37,039 nucleotides of DNA from Anthoceros angustus. Taxonomy: Eukaryota; Plantae; Anthocerotophyta. The stretch's first letter is position 1; each line of letters starts with the position of its first letter. Made by a program: the position numbers and the translations under genes. Shown in pieces: positions 34,411-37,039 of this stretch. The stretch spans positions 1 through 37,039 of the forward strand of contig VJWM01000366.1 of the NCBI GenBank assembly GCA_010909165.1, written 5' to 3'. The notes under the pieces are model-generated. The model did no database searches. It was not told where the DNA came from and worked only from the letters and a program-made list of their open reading frames with translations.

Positions 34411-35091
34411 TGTCGTCAAATGCAACATCGCGCGCACTTATCATGCGGGAAGCAAGACTTTCAGCACGGTGGCTAGCGGATATCGAAGCCTCCCTCCAGC
34501 TTTGCTATGTAGGCGTCGGGCCCTCGCATCACAGGTGCCCGCCTAAGGTTGATGGGATTGCCTCGAAATAAGTGCGGACAATGAAGTGGTTGGTGGCGTG
34601 CAGGATTATATGGAAAATCAAGCATAATTGCAGCGGCCACACAGCGAAAAAGTTGATGGCGGCGGGCCGGACTAAATAGTAAGCTCTGGTCAAAATTGAG
34701 TTTAAGGTAGCGGGTTATTTTAGAAACACGGTTATGAAAACCATTTGGGGTTATGGAAGAAAACCCTACTTTCGTTTAACTTGATTCTCGTTAAGGCCTC
34801 CTCTTTTCGAACTTAAAGGGCTCTGCAAGGCGGTGGCAGTTCATTCCGCGATTTGGCGCAACACCTTGTGCCGCTTCTCTGTGGGCGCACCACCACGTGC
34901 GCATCTTTGAGTGAGGGCGCACCGCCTCGCCCCAGACCGCCGCAAGCTCGGTTGGGCGCAACTTTCCGTTATGACCCAAGCTCGCTTTCTGTAGCGGCGC
35001 CAAGTTCTTGAGGCGGTGATCTTGGAGCGTGAGTTAGCGGTCACCGCTTTGTGCATCTCTTTGTGATTACAGTGGGGTTGCCTTGTTGAAG

Positions 35092-35634
35092 ATGGCAAGC
35101 GGCGGGAGGAGCAAGAAGGACCAGCCTTTGGAGGAATATGACACGCCGCCATGCGGCGAGAAGCCCAAGAAGGCGAGGAGGCTCAAAGGCGAGGCGGCAC
35201 CAGCGCCGCGGACATCGCGAGGCACCTCCATCCAGTCCGTTGGAGACATCTTGCCATCCGCCATGCTCCAGCGGGGGCAGCATTCTTGAGCAAGCAAAAT
35301 CCGCATCATCGCCAATCAGTTCCACAAAGGTTCTTTGGAAGCAAGGGGGCGAAGGTTGGTAGGCAAACAACCTATTCCATCCGTTGTCACCTTGACTATG
35401 AGGAATCCATATCAGGCGTGTATCGACTCGACAATGTTGTGGTTGTGGAGAAGAATTTGGATGCTTGTGCAGATCACCCTCTTGACCGCAATGCGCCATG
35501 GACCCCTTTGTTGAAGTTGTGGATCATGGGGTATAGGGGCTTTGCCAAATCGAGGAGCAAGAGCGGGTGGGTTGTTTGGGCTCGTTGGACTTCAATGAAG
35601 GGAGCGAGTTCACTTTTGTACCACAAAGGCATCT
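35092..35634 (+). CDS. Unknown protein, 5' part, truncated by an LTR
   Basis: MASGGRSKKDQPLEEYDTPPCGEKPKKARRLKG (NLS-like), continuing after one frameshift as YSIRCHLDYEESISGVYRLDNVVVVEKNLD...WTPLLKLWIMGYRGF...GWVVWARW. Confidence 0.4.
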
Positions 35635-36388
35635 TGAGGAAAACCCGGGGCACTCCCGGATTCCCCTCTAGCCACACTTATCACTTTGTCGTTTGCGGTT
35701 TGTGTGAGACTTGTGGTTCGGATCTTGAAATCGGTCACTACACGCACTACACTACCTGGCCTTCTAAACAAGCAGGCGCCCTCACGCTCCCTCTGGCCAG
35801 CTCACGCCCGTCTTGCTTGCTCACCAACCTCAACCTACCGACACCACACAATTGCGGTTCGTCTTATGACAAAGGTGTCTATCACGCGCCAGGACCCCTG
35901 ACCCACACCGCAACCGTCCCTACTCCTAAGACCTCTTCTCCACGGGCGCCCTCTTACTTGCAGTTGGGATTCGTCCCTTAGGCTGCACAGCCTTAGTTTT
36001 CCTACACTCTAATCCTCCTCACTCTCTCAATCAACAACGCCCTCTTCTTCTCTACTCATCTACCCTTCCTCCACAATCTCCTACTCTAACACCAATTCTT
36101 TCTCATTTTCCAACTCGCCCAGCTGGCTGGTCGTCAGGAATTGAGTTCTTCCTTGGGCCGGTTGCTATGTGGTTTGTGCAGACGGCGAGAACCTCCGAGT
36201 CTTTCCCACTACCCTCAAGAGAGTTCCTTGAGCATCGCCACACACTCAAAGCAAAACAATTCACACAACCATTCACAAGGGGCGGCTAGCGGGCGCACCA
36301 AAAGCAAGCCCTCCCCGGCCTCCGACCGCGCGTTCTCCCTCTCTACGGACAACTGCGTTGGCTTGCGGCCGCGAAATTCACCACACAA
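35635..36388 (-). repeat. Family A LTR, copy 3, truncated
   Basis: Colinear with the first ~800 bp of the other LTR copies. Homology stops at ...aattcaccacacaa. Confidence 0.85.
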
Positions 36389-36463
36389 CAGGAAATAACC
36401 TTACTCTGCCTGTTTAAAGAATTGGAACGCATTGAATTTTACGCAGGCATTTATTGCAAATTT

Positions 36464-36471
36464 TACCTTTG
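36464..36471 (+). promoter_or_regulatory. Bacteroidota-type -7 promoter element TAnnTTTG
   Basis: TACCTTTG matches the consensus exactly and lies ~95 bp upstream of the coaX ATG. No clear -33 element was seen. Confidence 0.45.
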
Positions 36472-36565
36472 GTACAGAGCATGGAATTATTAAAAGAAAA
36501 ATAAAATTAAACGGCCATTTTAAAGAACTGAAAGGATTTAATTTTAACCACTAAACCCATTACAT

Positions 36566-37039
36566 ATGTCGGTGTTATACTGCTTAGATTTTGGCAATAC
36601 CGTTTAAAGGCGCTATTTTTATAAATGATACTTTAACAACTGTTGTTCCATTAGCCGATGACAGTGTACCAACGATACTACATTTACTGGATACTTATCA
36701 GCCTTCACATAGCATTTTATCCTCAGTTATTCAACATAATACCGCTATTAACGATTTGCTTAGCCACTACACCAAATTTCATTTATTAAATCACGAAAGT
36801 AAATTGCCTATTTCCACCCTATAGGCAAACCTGCTACCATTGGTGCCGACCGGCTGGCTATTTGCAGTGCAGCCGTTCATTTATTTCCACAACAACACAA
36901 TTTAGCAATAGGCTTGGGTACCTGTGTTACGTACAATTATATTAACCCGTTCAATGAGTTTTAGGTGGCGCCATTTCACCTGGTATGCACATGCTTTAAA
37001 GCCATGCATGAACAAACAGCCAAATTACCGTTAGTACAA
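36566..37039 (+). CDS. coaX: Type III pantothenate kinase, bacterial (Bacteroidota, Chitinophagaceae-like); 3' truncated by the window, with about four frameshifts
   Basis: MSVLYCLDFGNT (DxGNT motif), SSVI, IGKPATIGADRL (GxDR), AIGLGTCVTYN and GGAISPG, followed by FKAMHEQTAKLPLV. Confidence 0.9.

Noticed and set aside
292-36398. Most short ORFs in the supplied track (L/S/P/F-rich plus-strand ORFs over family A)
   Set aside because: They are antisense shadows or alternative frames of the frameshifted minus-strand element genes, or lie within LTRs.
36389-36553. Plus-strand reading frame (...NWNALNFTQAF...FNFNH*) as the end of an upstream bacterial gene
   Set aside because: It is short, has no recognisable motif and overlaps a promoter-like element, so it may be intergenic or the start of a divergent gene.

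Overview
This window is almost entirely nested plant-type transposable elements, read as an indel-rich sequence, and ends in a Bacteroidota DNA fragment. The backbone is a minus-strand, non-chromovirus (Athila/OTA-like) Ty3/gypsy LTR retrotransposon, here called family A (1891-19435). It has ~1.24-kb LTRs, a PBS, a gag with four CCHC knuckles, PR-RT-RH-INT, and a large extra sense ORF between integrase and the PPT. A CACTA element (~12345-17001) is inserted in its gag. The LTR at 18202 has a PBS on one side. After a 1.9-kb insert with inverted ends it also has a PPT and a further internal region on the other side, which implies a tandem array sharing one LTR. Further family-A pieces lie at 21382-23442, 27785-30567 and 35635-36388. 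A GC-rich second family (B) occurs at 1-1590 and 23443-27784. A DUF7869/Sola-like DDE transposase (~31130-34410, minus) sits head-to-head with an unknown ORF. From ~36389 the sequence switches abruptly to AT-rich bacterial DNA encoding type III pantothenate kinase (coaX). Every recognisable ORF is frameshifted, including coaX, so many indels are probably sequencing errors and some junctions may be chimeric. All proteins were reconstructed by eye across frames, and no database search was run.
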